A DNA stretch of 64,000 nt from assembly GCA_000934665.2 (NCBI GenBank), contig JYFJ02000286.1, forward strand, positions 62,001 through 126,000, in the 5' to 3' direction. The notes under the pieces were generated by a model. It made no database searches, was not told the DNA's origin, and saw nothing but the letters and a program-made list of their open reading frames with translations. Both the position numbers and the translations under genes were made by a program. Below are positions 20,999 to 31,843 of the stretch, in pieces (within the stretch, counting starts at the first letter, position 1; every line of letters begins with the position of its first letter). Source of the stretch: Catajapyx aquilonaris. Lineage: Eukaryota.

Positions 20999-23900
20999 AT
21001 GGCCGCTGCGACGAGCTCCTGGAAGGAATCCTCGGATTGCGCCGGAGGAGCCTCCGCCGGTGACGAGGAGAGGATGGGGGAGGAAGAGGGGGCACCCACC
21101 GCCCCATCAGCCGGGTGCAGCAGCAGCAGCAGGGGCAGGGGCCATCACCAGCAGAGGAGTCTCCAGATGGCAGGGGGGCCTGGGGGCGCAGGGGACCTCA
21201 CCCAGTTCACGGACGATTTTGCCTACTCGGTAAGGCTGCTGTTGACACCCATCATGGAGGGTAATCAGACAGGTGTCAGCCCGCACGGAAAACACATGCC
21301 GGATGAGATTCGGCACTTTGCAGGACAGTGTTCTGCCAGTGTTACGAAAGGCACTTCGCAGAATTATTGTGAGGTGCACATCATTATTCACACAGGCCGT
21401 CGACGGTTTTGGTTTTTGGTCGCGTTGACACCGCGGACCAATCATGAATCATGTAAGCAAGCACAACCCATTGTTTAGAGCTTGTTTACATGGGTCATGA
21501 TTGGTCCACGGTGTCAACGCGACCAAAAACCAAAACTGTCGACGGCCTGTGTGAATGGGCCTTAAGGTAGTTCTTGCGCTAAGACGAAATGGTGGTAGAG
21601 AATTTAAAATTACACCAGTTGTTCCCTATTATGTGACTAATGAGCCTGTAAAATATAAAGGACTTCTACTAAATACTTTCGGAGATATTCATCTCTGAAC
21701 TTGAGGTCTTATACATGGCGGCTTATGGAGAGGGGCATCCAGGAACCGATATTTCCCCCCGTAGATCCCGTGAAAATGGTGCCACGATCACACAAAACTA
21801 ATCACTGTGTAGCCACATTCGTACCAAATTATTTTGTCACAAGAAACCAATACGTCACCAGGCCCGTTCTTCCACAATCCCTTCAAAACTGCGGGGTAGT
21901 CACGGCGCCCAGCGATGACTTGGCAACGCAGCTACAACAATATAGTAGGGGGCGCGCGTTTTGAAAGTCCCAGGCATCGCGCTGAGCTCGTTTTAAGAGT
22001 ATAAAATTAATATATAGGGCTCGTTTTACGATATAGGGATGTGCAAGAGTTAAAAGGGGCAATAATAATAATTTTAATAATATATTTTAATAACAACAAC
22101 AACAATAATAATTTTATTAAAATATCGATATACTGTAATATCGATAGTTGGGCTAACTATCGAGTACACGATATATCGCTGGGGGGAAATATCGATACAT
22201 CGAAACATCGATAATTTGTTGATAAAGTGCTACCAACGTGTGCAACGTTGCCGGATTTCCCGCGCTATTTCCGGTATTTGGAACAGCCATATTTCTGCTC
22301 TTCTCCGGGACAAAAGTGCACGAGGGAATTATTATCCCCCAAATAAATGTTCACGTAACGTATCCGACACGAAACACGTACTCAAAACTCTGTTTCAGAG
22401 AAATACTAGCAGAAATGTCTTACAATGGCAGAAGTTGGTACTGGCCAGCTCGCCCCATGTATAAACATAGGCTCAACCCCACTCCCCCTTACCCCCGTTA
22501 TGATCAAAAACTGGTTTCATTATCCCCGAAACTTTCTATTGACATATTCGGACTATCCCCAGGTTCAGTTTGAAACTCGCAATAATCTTGCAGTAATATA
22601 AATAAATAACTAATAAATAATTAAATAAATAACTCGCAATGTATACACGCAATGCAAGCATTTTAATGATAGATTTGGGATTTGGAAAGCCTTTCCTAAT
22701 GGCACACACCAAAGTTAACTCATACGGCGCCGCCATTTTCCAGCGAAGACCAGCGGGAAGGGTGGGGACTACTTTAAGCATTTCTTTCTACACTCTCCGT
22801 AGGCCCATTCCCATGACATCTAGTGAGTCAGAAAGGAAATGGCCAGGTCTTTCCATGTAGGGTAGGATGCATTTGCCTCTTCTAGTTATTATGAATGCCG
22901 TCTAACGCGCTACGGAACTCTCAGAATCCATCATGTAAGCAACATCTTTGGTGACCGTGCGGACCAGCCATTGGCTGTCTCAGTTTATTATTTGTTTAAA
23001 TTAGTTTGACATCTCCTTTTTCACATAAAACATATTTCATCAAGATAGGGTAGTTAGAACCCATCAAAATAACTAAAATTCATCAGGGTAAATGAATACG
23101 CAGATTGCTTAGCGCAGGCGAAAATATTCAAGAGCCAATCGCGTGCGAGATCGAGAGCTGGAGAGCCAATGGCTGCGCAGAACAAACCCAAATGAGGCCA
23201 CGGTAATTAGACACAAAAAACAATTAATTGTGACGTAATGGATTATCGTAAGCGTAAAAATTTTACAAAATGCGCTCGGGTATATGTATGTATTATTTAT
23301 AAATAAATAAAAACCATGTAGGTTACAGCTAATATTTAAAATTAATTCTTGAAATTATTCTCGCGCTGTTCCCTGAGTGGCCGCGCAAATGACCCCACAT
23401 CATGGCCGCTGGACATTCCCACACACTGAGATTTTTCATGTAAGTTCTACTTATAGTGCTTGTGAAGAGGGTGAAAACCGCATTCATTTACCCATTGTCG
23501 AAGTTCCGTAAAAAATTCGCAAAGTCTTGTTCTCACCCTTATGTCAACCGGCGCCCTAAGAGTTAAATGTGTCTTCTGGAGCAATGCTAATCAGTGCAAT
23601 TTAACCCTCGGACGGTGACGTGGGCACTTTTTGTGACCAACGACCCTTTTTTTGCTATAACTTGGCAAATTTAGGACATTCGAGATTCATCTTTGAGAAC
23701 ATTTTCGTTTGACTATTTCTGTGATGAATCACGTTTAGTTTAAATTTTTTGAGCAAATAGCACGACCAGGAAAAAAAAATTTAGGCGGCAATGCGTAGAT
23801 GGGGCATAACCAAGATCCGGTCTGGCGGCTCCCGGTGGCATCCCAGGCCGCCAAGGAGTGGAATCCCCCTACCCCCGGGAGTTGGCCCCGACTGATTTTC

Positions 23901-25957
23901 TTTCCGATTTTTTTATGATCGCACTATTTTCTCAAAAAATGTAAACTAAACGCTATTTGTCGCAGAAGGAATCACACTATGATTGTCTCAAAAGTGAAGG
24001 CCGAATGTGCTATATTTCGCCAGGTATAGCAAAAAATATGGCTTGGTCACAAAAAGTGCCCACGTCACCGGAGAGGGAACATTTCGCACGTCACCGTCTG
24101 AGGGTTAACTAAAGTTATAAATGTAAAGGGGGTCATTTCACCGTGCTGTTTTTTGATCTGTCTTCAAGTGATATTGTCATTTTCAGAATGAGACCTGCTT
24201 CATGTGTGATGGATTTTATGGACCCTGCTTTGGCGAACCTGTCTGTGCCACATGCCATGTCTTCCTCTTCCCTGAGGACATCAATGTACCAGGAAGTGCA
24301 ACCATGTTCAGTGAGGTAATTTAATGTCACATTTTAGGCTGATTATATTGCTTCCGCTTACTCCAAGGGTCCAGCTATATTACTGAAACTGGTTAAAGAA
24401 TGCTACTTCATCTCATCTGTTAAAATGTTGTTATGGAAGTCTATTAATTCAATCATGTCGCTGTAACTCCTAGAAGTTGGAAATTTTAACATTGTAATCT
24501 CACCATGCTCCTTATCACATGTACTACATACCATCACAAATTATGCAAGATAGTACTCTTTGTACGGGCTTATATTTTTAGGTCAATGCCAAAAAACCAT
24601 TCTGTATGTAGTCCTGATATTTTAAAATGATTGGGAAGGTCCTTGTTTCACATTTCTGATGCAGGAGAGAGTCATTCTAAATGACTTAATCCCAGTGTAG
24701 TAGTGCACCAGCAAGCCTCACATTACATGCATGGCAATGTCAATGTGATATTTTGTGCCACTCACTAAACCCTGCTCTGTGCTGTCTCCAGAAAACAGAG
24801 GATTCAGACTCTGGTAATGATGAGCCAGCTGATCCATACTACTGCGCTTATTATGATCGTCGTCGCAGCTCTGCACTTCCCCCATCAGGCCAACCACCTC
24901 CTCCCCCTCCCCCACCACCTCCCCCACCACCTCCACCCGCTGTCCCTGGACCGTCCATGGTACAAAATGATGATGATGATGATGATGATGACGACGATGT
25001 GGAGGATCCCCGGTTGCGTGATCCTGTGTCTGCAAGGCTGTCCCTCCTAACCCAACCCCAGCCTCAGGGGAGCCCAGCCCCAGGACTTGTGGAGTGTCTC
25101 CCACCTGAGGTGCTCTTTCAGGTATTTTTGTACCTGGATGACATTTCTCTCTGGGTTGTTGGAAACGTCTGCAAGCGGTGGCAGCAAATGCTGACGAATC
25201 AAGTCTCCAATGACCAATGGAAGGTGTACACTAAAAGAAGGTGGCCACTGTTCAAGCCATTCTACAAAGTTACCAACTGGTTCACCGTGTATACCATTCT
25301 GTGAGTGTTAAGGGTGAAACAAGTGTAGTACCTGTTTACTTTTTGTGGAATGGACACCATAAGTCTTGTATTCTTCCGTGGTACCTTTGCAGGATTCGCA
25401 GTGCTCCATGTCAACTCTGCCTACACCAAATGGCAGTTCAGGCACAGCCAGCAGTGGAGGAAAACTCATGGCGACGTAACCGTTTGAGGAATGAACTTAA
25501 GACCCTGCGGACAGACCCTCCAGAAGGGATAGAGGCTATTCCTTTGGACCAGGCGTGCAGCCGGTGGATAGCATCGGTGACTGGCCCAACTCGGTCTCCT
25601 TATGAGGGAGGGGTCTTCTACCTATACCTTCGCATCCCTTATTCATACCCCATGACTCCTCCGTCAGTCAGGTTTATCACCAGGCTGTTTCACCCAAATG
25701 TTTCCCGTCATGGAGACGTGGGACTGGACTCAATCCAGCACAACTGGAGCCTGGCGCTTACTATTTCCAAAGTGCTCATTTCCATCCAGAGCCTCTTGAC
25801 TGATCCTCACTGTTCTGTCTGTATGGAGCCAGCAGTGGGAGAGCTCTATTGCAGGGACAGGGCCCGTTTTAATTCAGTGGCAAGGGCATGGACCTGGAGG
25901 TATGCTATGCAAGACATGGTTATTCCCAGGTCCATGGCGGCTCCAGCACAACCATAA
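20999..25957 (+). CDS. morgue: Morgue-like protein (zinc finger + F-box + E2 variant lacking the catalytic Cys), ~477 aa
   Basis: Exons 20999-21229, 24187-24315, 24792-25300, 25393-25957 (1434 nt, in frame; alternative upstream ATG at 20951). CFMCDGFYGPCFGEPVCATCH zinc finger, EKTEDSDSGNDEP, F-box LPPEVLFQVFLYLDDISLWVVGNVCKRW, and UBC fold HPNVSRHGDVGLDSI with Gly at the active-site Cys position. Confidence 0.92.
21386..21561. mobile_element. Palindromic MITE, PIF/Harbinger-like terminus, left end clipped
   Basis: ATTCACACAGGCCGTCGACGGTTTTGGTTTTTGGTCGCGTTGACACC ... GGTGTCAACGCGACCAAAAACCAAAACTGTCGACGGCCTGTGTGAATGGGCC|TTA; long near-perfect inverted arms. Confidence 0.75.
22034..22214. mobile_element. 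Probable hAT-derived fragment with clustered ATCGAT subterminal repeats
   Basis: Begins TAGGGATGTGC (hAT-like terminus). Contains TATCGATA at 22123, 22139 and 22190 plus degenerate copies. No matching right end found. Confidence 0.45.
22719..23562. mobile_element. TTAA-target non-autonomous DNA transposon (piggyBac-like)
   Basis: TTAA|CTCATACGGCGCCG ... CGGCGCCCTAAGAG|TTAA (12/14 TIR match). Confidence 0.65.
23605..24104. mobile_element. piggyBac-like MITE, 500 bp
   Basis: TTAA|CCCTCGGACGGTGACGTG ... CACGTCACCGTCTGAGGG|TTAA. The right end carries a duplicated internal TIR copy. About 170-bp imperfect inverted arms (GGCACTTTTTGTGACCAA / TTGGTCACAAAAAGTGCC). Confidence 0.88.
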
Positions 25958-26867
25958 GGCAAGGTGTCTCTCAAGAAGATGAATCTCTTTTCCAATGAAA
26001 AAAGACAAAATACAGTGTTTCCAAGTGGGTTTGAAAATACTAGTAATGCATAAAACTTTCCATAAATGTAGGATAAAAGTACATGTTTTTGTTAATTTGC
26101 GTCACTTGAGTTGATGGGATCTTCAGCAGTTTGTTTGATTTTTTTGTGATGCGTATGTGAGGTGCATAATGATATCCAGATTGATGTCAGTTTCGGAATG
26201 CCATTTGCAGCACTGGTAGGATTTAAATCCAATTTTGGCCATTTGTGGCCTTTCAACAATTCAAGTGGTATGGTTAATTATGGAAAGTATTGTATGTCAT
26301 TCTTTATTAAAGTTAATTGCAATGTTTATGTGTGTTATTTTACACCTGCAATGTGTTGTTTCACCACAGTAATCAATTTGTGAAATAATTGGACCACAAG
26401 AGGTGTGCATGGCATACTAATCTATACTAGTTGCCATATCTGATATAGATGGATGGATGTTTCACAGATATCCTGAAGGTAACTTATTGTATACAGTGCC
26501 ATTGAAGGTGTGCCAACTCCTCAATTACTTGGAACAAGGTAGAAAGGATTTTAAGTTAATGGTACTACATGACAGATATTCTAAGATCATAAACTGATTT
26601 ACATACCTTGCATGGACAGTAGTTGTTCTTGGGACAGACTGCTGGATATCTGCTGCATGCTGTCCTAAGAGTCAAGAATTCAGCTGTTATTTGAGTGTTG
26701 GATTTATATAGCGTTTTTTTTTTGCTGCATTCTTTCCATTGTCAGTCATGTCCACTGAAAATAATACATGTTTATACATATTCTATTCCCCCCTTGATTA
26801 TTCATTGAATTGAGGAAGCTTCTAGACCTGACTTATTATGCCTGTGGTGTTCCAGTTTCACGCAAAT

Positions 26868-26873
26868 AATAAA
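26868..26873 (+). promoter_or_regulatory. Candidate polyadenylation signal of the morgue-like gene
   Basis: AATAAA about 910 nt after the stop, followed by T/GT-rich sequence, near the end of the CpG-poor domain. Confidence 0.35.
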
Positions 26874-29800
26874 TTTTATAAATACATTAACCCCCTGACT
26901 TTTGTTGCATAATGTTGCCTTGAACTTGTGTTATCATAATACATTTCATATTCTGTCAAGCCAAGCATTAAAATTCATTTGTAGCTAAGTTTCTTGTTTC
27001 TTGTGAATAAGCCTTTCTTATTTGACTTCGGAAGTGATGGACTATAATATTATGAGCTTCATATAATTCAAAAAGGAGTTCCTGTCATTCCTTGGAACTT
27101 GACACATTGTTAGGAATGCATTCTAATATTGCACAAGTATTTATGGAAAAAATCCTTGTATGATTTATTATCTGGAATTATGTCACTTGATTATGGTGGG
27201 AGGGAAAAGCAAAAACAAATCTAGACTCGTGTACGATGTAATTACCATGCATTGTTATCGCCTTGGGTGGTGTTTAACATGCTCGCATAATGTAATTTAC
27301 AGTAGTATACGTCGAGCACCGAGTCACCTTAAAAAAGGTGAACCAGATTGTTCAACATGAAAAATGTCGTGGCATTCCGGAAAATACCCTGAATTCGTGG
27401 AACAAGCCATTTCATGTGATTGCTTTTTTGCTGCTCCCCTAGTGACCTGCCTCAGGCTCCTGCATTATTAATGCTCAGATATGTTACTGCCCTTGTCATG
27501 GGCATCTATGAAGTATTTAGAGAGTGCAAAAATTACAACCAGCAGACTAGCCCATCTTATAACCTGTAATAAAGTAGGCAACTAATCAAGTGCATTTCTC
27601 CTACAGATATGGCCATCCATCACTTTCGATGGTGACAAACAACTTTTTACGATGCTGCAAAAACGACTACCGGTATTCAATTTGTGTCAATGATTGAAGA
27701 AGGTAGCTCTGACATAAGAGTTTGGTGTGCTTCTAGTTCCCATAACTATACCCAGATCACTATGCGGATGACTCACTAGCAATGGGTGGGAGCTATAGAT
27801 TCTGACTGTGGTGTCCTGTTGGTGCTAGACGCTTGAGCATCAGCTGTACAATTGATCTTTTCGACCATCCTATTCTGCCAGCAGAATGTCACTCCCTCAC
27901 TAGATACAGTACACTAGAACCCATCAGGAACGCAGGATTGAGTTACGCACAATTCACTCTCAACTCAATAGGGAGTTGGCGATAGGTCGAACTCTCGTGT
28001 TGCCCATTCATTTGCAATCCTGTCTCCTGTTACCCCTCCTCTGTCTCTGTTTGGAACTTCCGCTCCCAGCCTCGTATTTCCCCTTCGATTCATTTGATCC
28101 AAGTCCAGAATTACTGGAGGGGGGAACGCGATAAGAGGGCGTTAAGAGCACGTGGCATTAGACCCGCCTTTTTATTTCCTATAAATCTGCCTTCCTAGCG
28201 AGTTTCCCGTTCGGAGCCTGCTAATTCCAGGATTATATGCCCACCCACCCCACCTTCCATAATCTTCCCTTCCCACCAGTTTTATGCTAATTAGTCCCCA
28301 TGAGATGTAGAGTTTCGCTCGGACCCCATTTATCTGGTCTGGACGTGTCCGTTGCAACGGTTAAAATATGAACGAAGCCATTTGAGGCTTGCAGAGTTGG
28401 GCATGCAAGTGTGATCCATCATAATGCGAGGTGAAATTAAATAGCCCTTTTTTACGTGGCCGCACTTTGGAAAACCTCGTAAATCAGGAGGTACATTCGA
28501 AGGCAAGAATGTAGGGCTGACCGGGGTCAGGGAGTTCACTGTAAAACGTGTCTGCTCCTAGTAGTGATTAGAGTAGGTCAGTGTCCGTTGTATTCGTGCT
28601 TGAGCAGAGATATCACCGGTTTTACAGTGAATAATTGTTAGCTCCAGATACAGTCCGGCACCATTTTTTTGCTCATAGCTGTACCCTCATGCCTGCTAAA
28701 AATTGTAACAAACCGGACACTGTTTCAGTAACATGTATTTCAAAGGTTCACGTGGATATGACACCTACATTTCAGGCTGACTATTGCGTACGTTATGTGG
28801 TTTTTTATATTTCAGTGTGGTACGTTTCTGGTCGTTTGCAGAGTGTCACGTGCCAGTGGACTGTGCTGAAGATAGCTGGTGTATGACCGCATTAGGATTT
28901 CTGAATGGCATAAATACATCATGTCTCTCTGTCAAGTGCACAGTTGGTGTAGAACCTGGCAAATTGGGTTCAACTAGATTATCCTCAAGCAACAGGGATT
29001 GCAACGCGAAAAGAACGTAAGCTACTTAGGTGTGACGAGAAAGAAGAATAGGAGCTTCCTATATTGACAGGGGAGAATCATCCGGCATGAGTGATGCTGG
29101 GGGCGTCAGGCCTATTGTGAAAGTGCAGACCAAGACCATGGTGTAGACATACAGTACTCAGTCAACCAATAAATAAGCAGCATCTGAGATGGAAAGGGGA
29201 AGAAAAGTATGTAGTCAAATGGGGGTCTAGAGAGCAGAACATGATAGGAATATTTAGCTGGTGGTGCGAGATCCTCTCAGGGTTTCGCTGCCAAAGAGAC
29301 AAGGATGGCTCCTGAATTCTGATGTGACAGTCATACCGCGAGCGGTCTTGCCTTACTCTGGCGCATATGGCCTAATTACCAGCCGGGGTATCGTTCCTTA
29401 TTCTTAGCATCTGGCAAGGATTGCGAGGCGCTTAGGGAGTGTTCCGGAGTGATTCCCTGCAGGATATTATAATAAGCAGGAGGAAAATGCAGGCAGCCCA
29501 AGCCCACGCAGACCGGCACGGGTTTTCAAGTGCGATTATTCATGTCTGTCTTTTCCGCTAAGTCTTAGGCGCTTGAATGAGCTGAGCTCTCAGCAGATTA
29601 GGCCATCCGTGGACATTCTAGTGTACCGTATAGTACTACTCTCTAGTACAGATCAACACATGTTTATGCAGTGTGGTAATGTAGCTGAGGAAATCAGCAC
29701 CTGAGTTCATTGAAGCGAGGATTACTGCTGGACTCTGGTCAGATTTGAGCACATGTTTACATAAGGTTCCAATTCAACCATGCATGAGCACTTTTTCTCG

Positions 29801-31675
29801 AAAAGGAGCTCCTGTCACTTCCTAACTAGTGTGGACCATTATTGTGAATCAATAGTTGAATGGAGTTGTTGCGGTTGTTACCATCAGAGTGCTCATACGG
29901 AAAAGAACCATGAATTCTCGTGTACCCGTGCGGCTATCGATATTGCTGTCCTGCTCCTCTGACAAGCTCCCCACTCGCTTTACATGCGTGTACAGTGCAG
30001 GACCAGTTAATAACATTATTATGTCAGTAAGGTGTAAAACATGGACTTTTAATGATATTGTCAAGTTGCGTAATGGCATGTGGCGAAGGCTCTACTCATG
30101 TGATTTGTTGAGGGCAGCTCAATAGCTGAATACACTGATCGTGTAACAAGTGTGAGGCGGGATAACCGGAAATTGCACATTAAGTTAGTTATGAAGGCCT
30201 TTAAATCCTGTGTGGGCGCATCTGGAAAAGAATAAATCGAAATTAAAGTGCAAACGACGTAACTTCCCGACATTTAGTTGCCATGATGGAATGCTGCTGT
30301 TAATAACATGCCAGTTTTTATGCCAGCTGTGTCCCAAGATGTGGTTGAAGCACGGTGGCAGCCTTGCTTTTATTAAAACAGAACCAGCCGAACATCTTTC
30401 ACCCAGGGTCACCATTTCGGAATAAATTTGCAATTACAGTGGATCATAAAGGCAGAAAATGATTCTGCAGCATGGCAAGGAATAGCGTGGGAGTCGAAAC
30501 ATCGTGCAGAAGCTTATTGCTTCACATAAAGCAACGGACACTGTAGTAGAAGTGTCACATTTTCATTTAATGTACGTACTACAGAGGGATATTACCGTAT
30601 ATTACTCGCATATGTGATTATTCAGTTACGTACTTGTGAAGAATCAGAAGAGAATCTTGCACTAATTACTCAGCACGCTTACGGCCTATAATATTATGTG
30701 TCTTTGCTTTTTGGTTTGTTTAAATATCCTTAATGAGAGCACAAGGTTGAAATGCTGGGTGATCTTACCAGACGAAGCAATCAAATCTATAAAGAGTTTT
30801 GAAAAATGAAACTCAAACTTTTTTGACTAATACCCTGCATGCATGCCAAGGAAAAATATGTAGCCTAACTTAGAATACCGGTATATTGAAGTCTCTAAGT
30901 TGGTAAGGCTACACAACATTTTGCGTTGAAATAAAACAACACGTAAAATATGGCATTTAAAGTAAATTGGTAGACCGGGAAAGCCACTGTATTCTAATTA
31001 TAATGCATGAAAATAATGCAGGCTACAGCGTCTCATGAAACAGATCATTCTGATTGAAGAGTAGGGAAGCATAAAAAATTATCGACCTAAAAGGGCTACA
31101 TGAGAGCCGTATTATTTTCAGCAACAGTTAATGGACGTCAGTTCTGCAGCCTGCCTTTTACTTCAGGACTCAGAGATTAACTGACAAAAGGATCAGGTGG
31201 CAAAGGGGATTTGCACTGTTGCCACAGAGACTTTCTTCTAAGTGCTGGTATTTGCTGAAACATCATTTGGAGCTTCAATTACTGACGTGATCTGTTGCAG
31301 ATCTTCAGTACGGTATAAGAAAAACACAACATATATCAAGTTATGCATATATTTTCTCGTGAACATCATTACTCGATGGACAATGCCTGATATGCGTATG
31401 AGTAGTAGGCTACTGTACAGTACATTGATGTATGGTCACTTTCAGAGGCTCAAACCTCAATACCTTCACTGAACTCGGCATGGTGCCCATGTCTGCTCTA
31501 GCTCGTTACAAACAGGCTGCTCCACAAAGCTCGAATATATCTTGTACAAACTGAATAGTACATTACGCAGTATTGAATATCGCCAAGGGTCATGGAAGGG
31601 GAACATAGCCAGGAAGTCCCTCCGCTTCCCCTACGCCTGGGCTAGCAAGGTGTTCCACAGGTTACCGCAAGTTGA

Positions 31676-31843
31676 TGAAACGTTATCCTGAATATTCAGA
31701 GCAACCCTTTCGCCCTTCTTGTTCAACGGGTACCCTGACATTCAGGATATTATAAGAATCCTCTCCTACTATCCTGATTGTCAGGCTACCTGCTGAACAG
31801 TTAAGGCACAATGGTTGCTCTGAATATTCGGGATAACTTTTCA
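31676..31843. repeat. Inverted repeat (MITE-like) with ~30-bp arms
   Basis: TGAAACGTTATCCTGAATATTCAGAGCAACC ... GGTTGCTCTGAATATTCGGGATAACTTTTCA. Confidence 0.7.

Noticed and set aside
21230..21478. 3' extension of ORF 20951-21478 and antisense ORF 21107-21445
   Set aside because: Intron read-through past the donor at 21230 into a palindromic MITE; no protein-like signal.
21562..21990. TTAA|GGTAGTTC start suggesting a Kolobok-like element
   Set aside because: No matching right terminus or TSD found in a consistent position.
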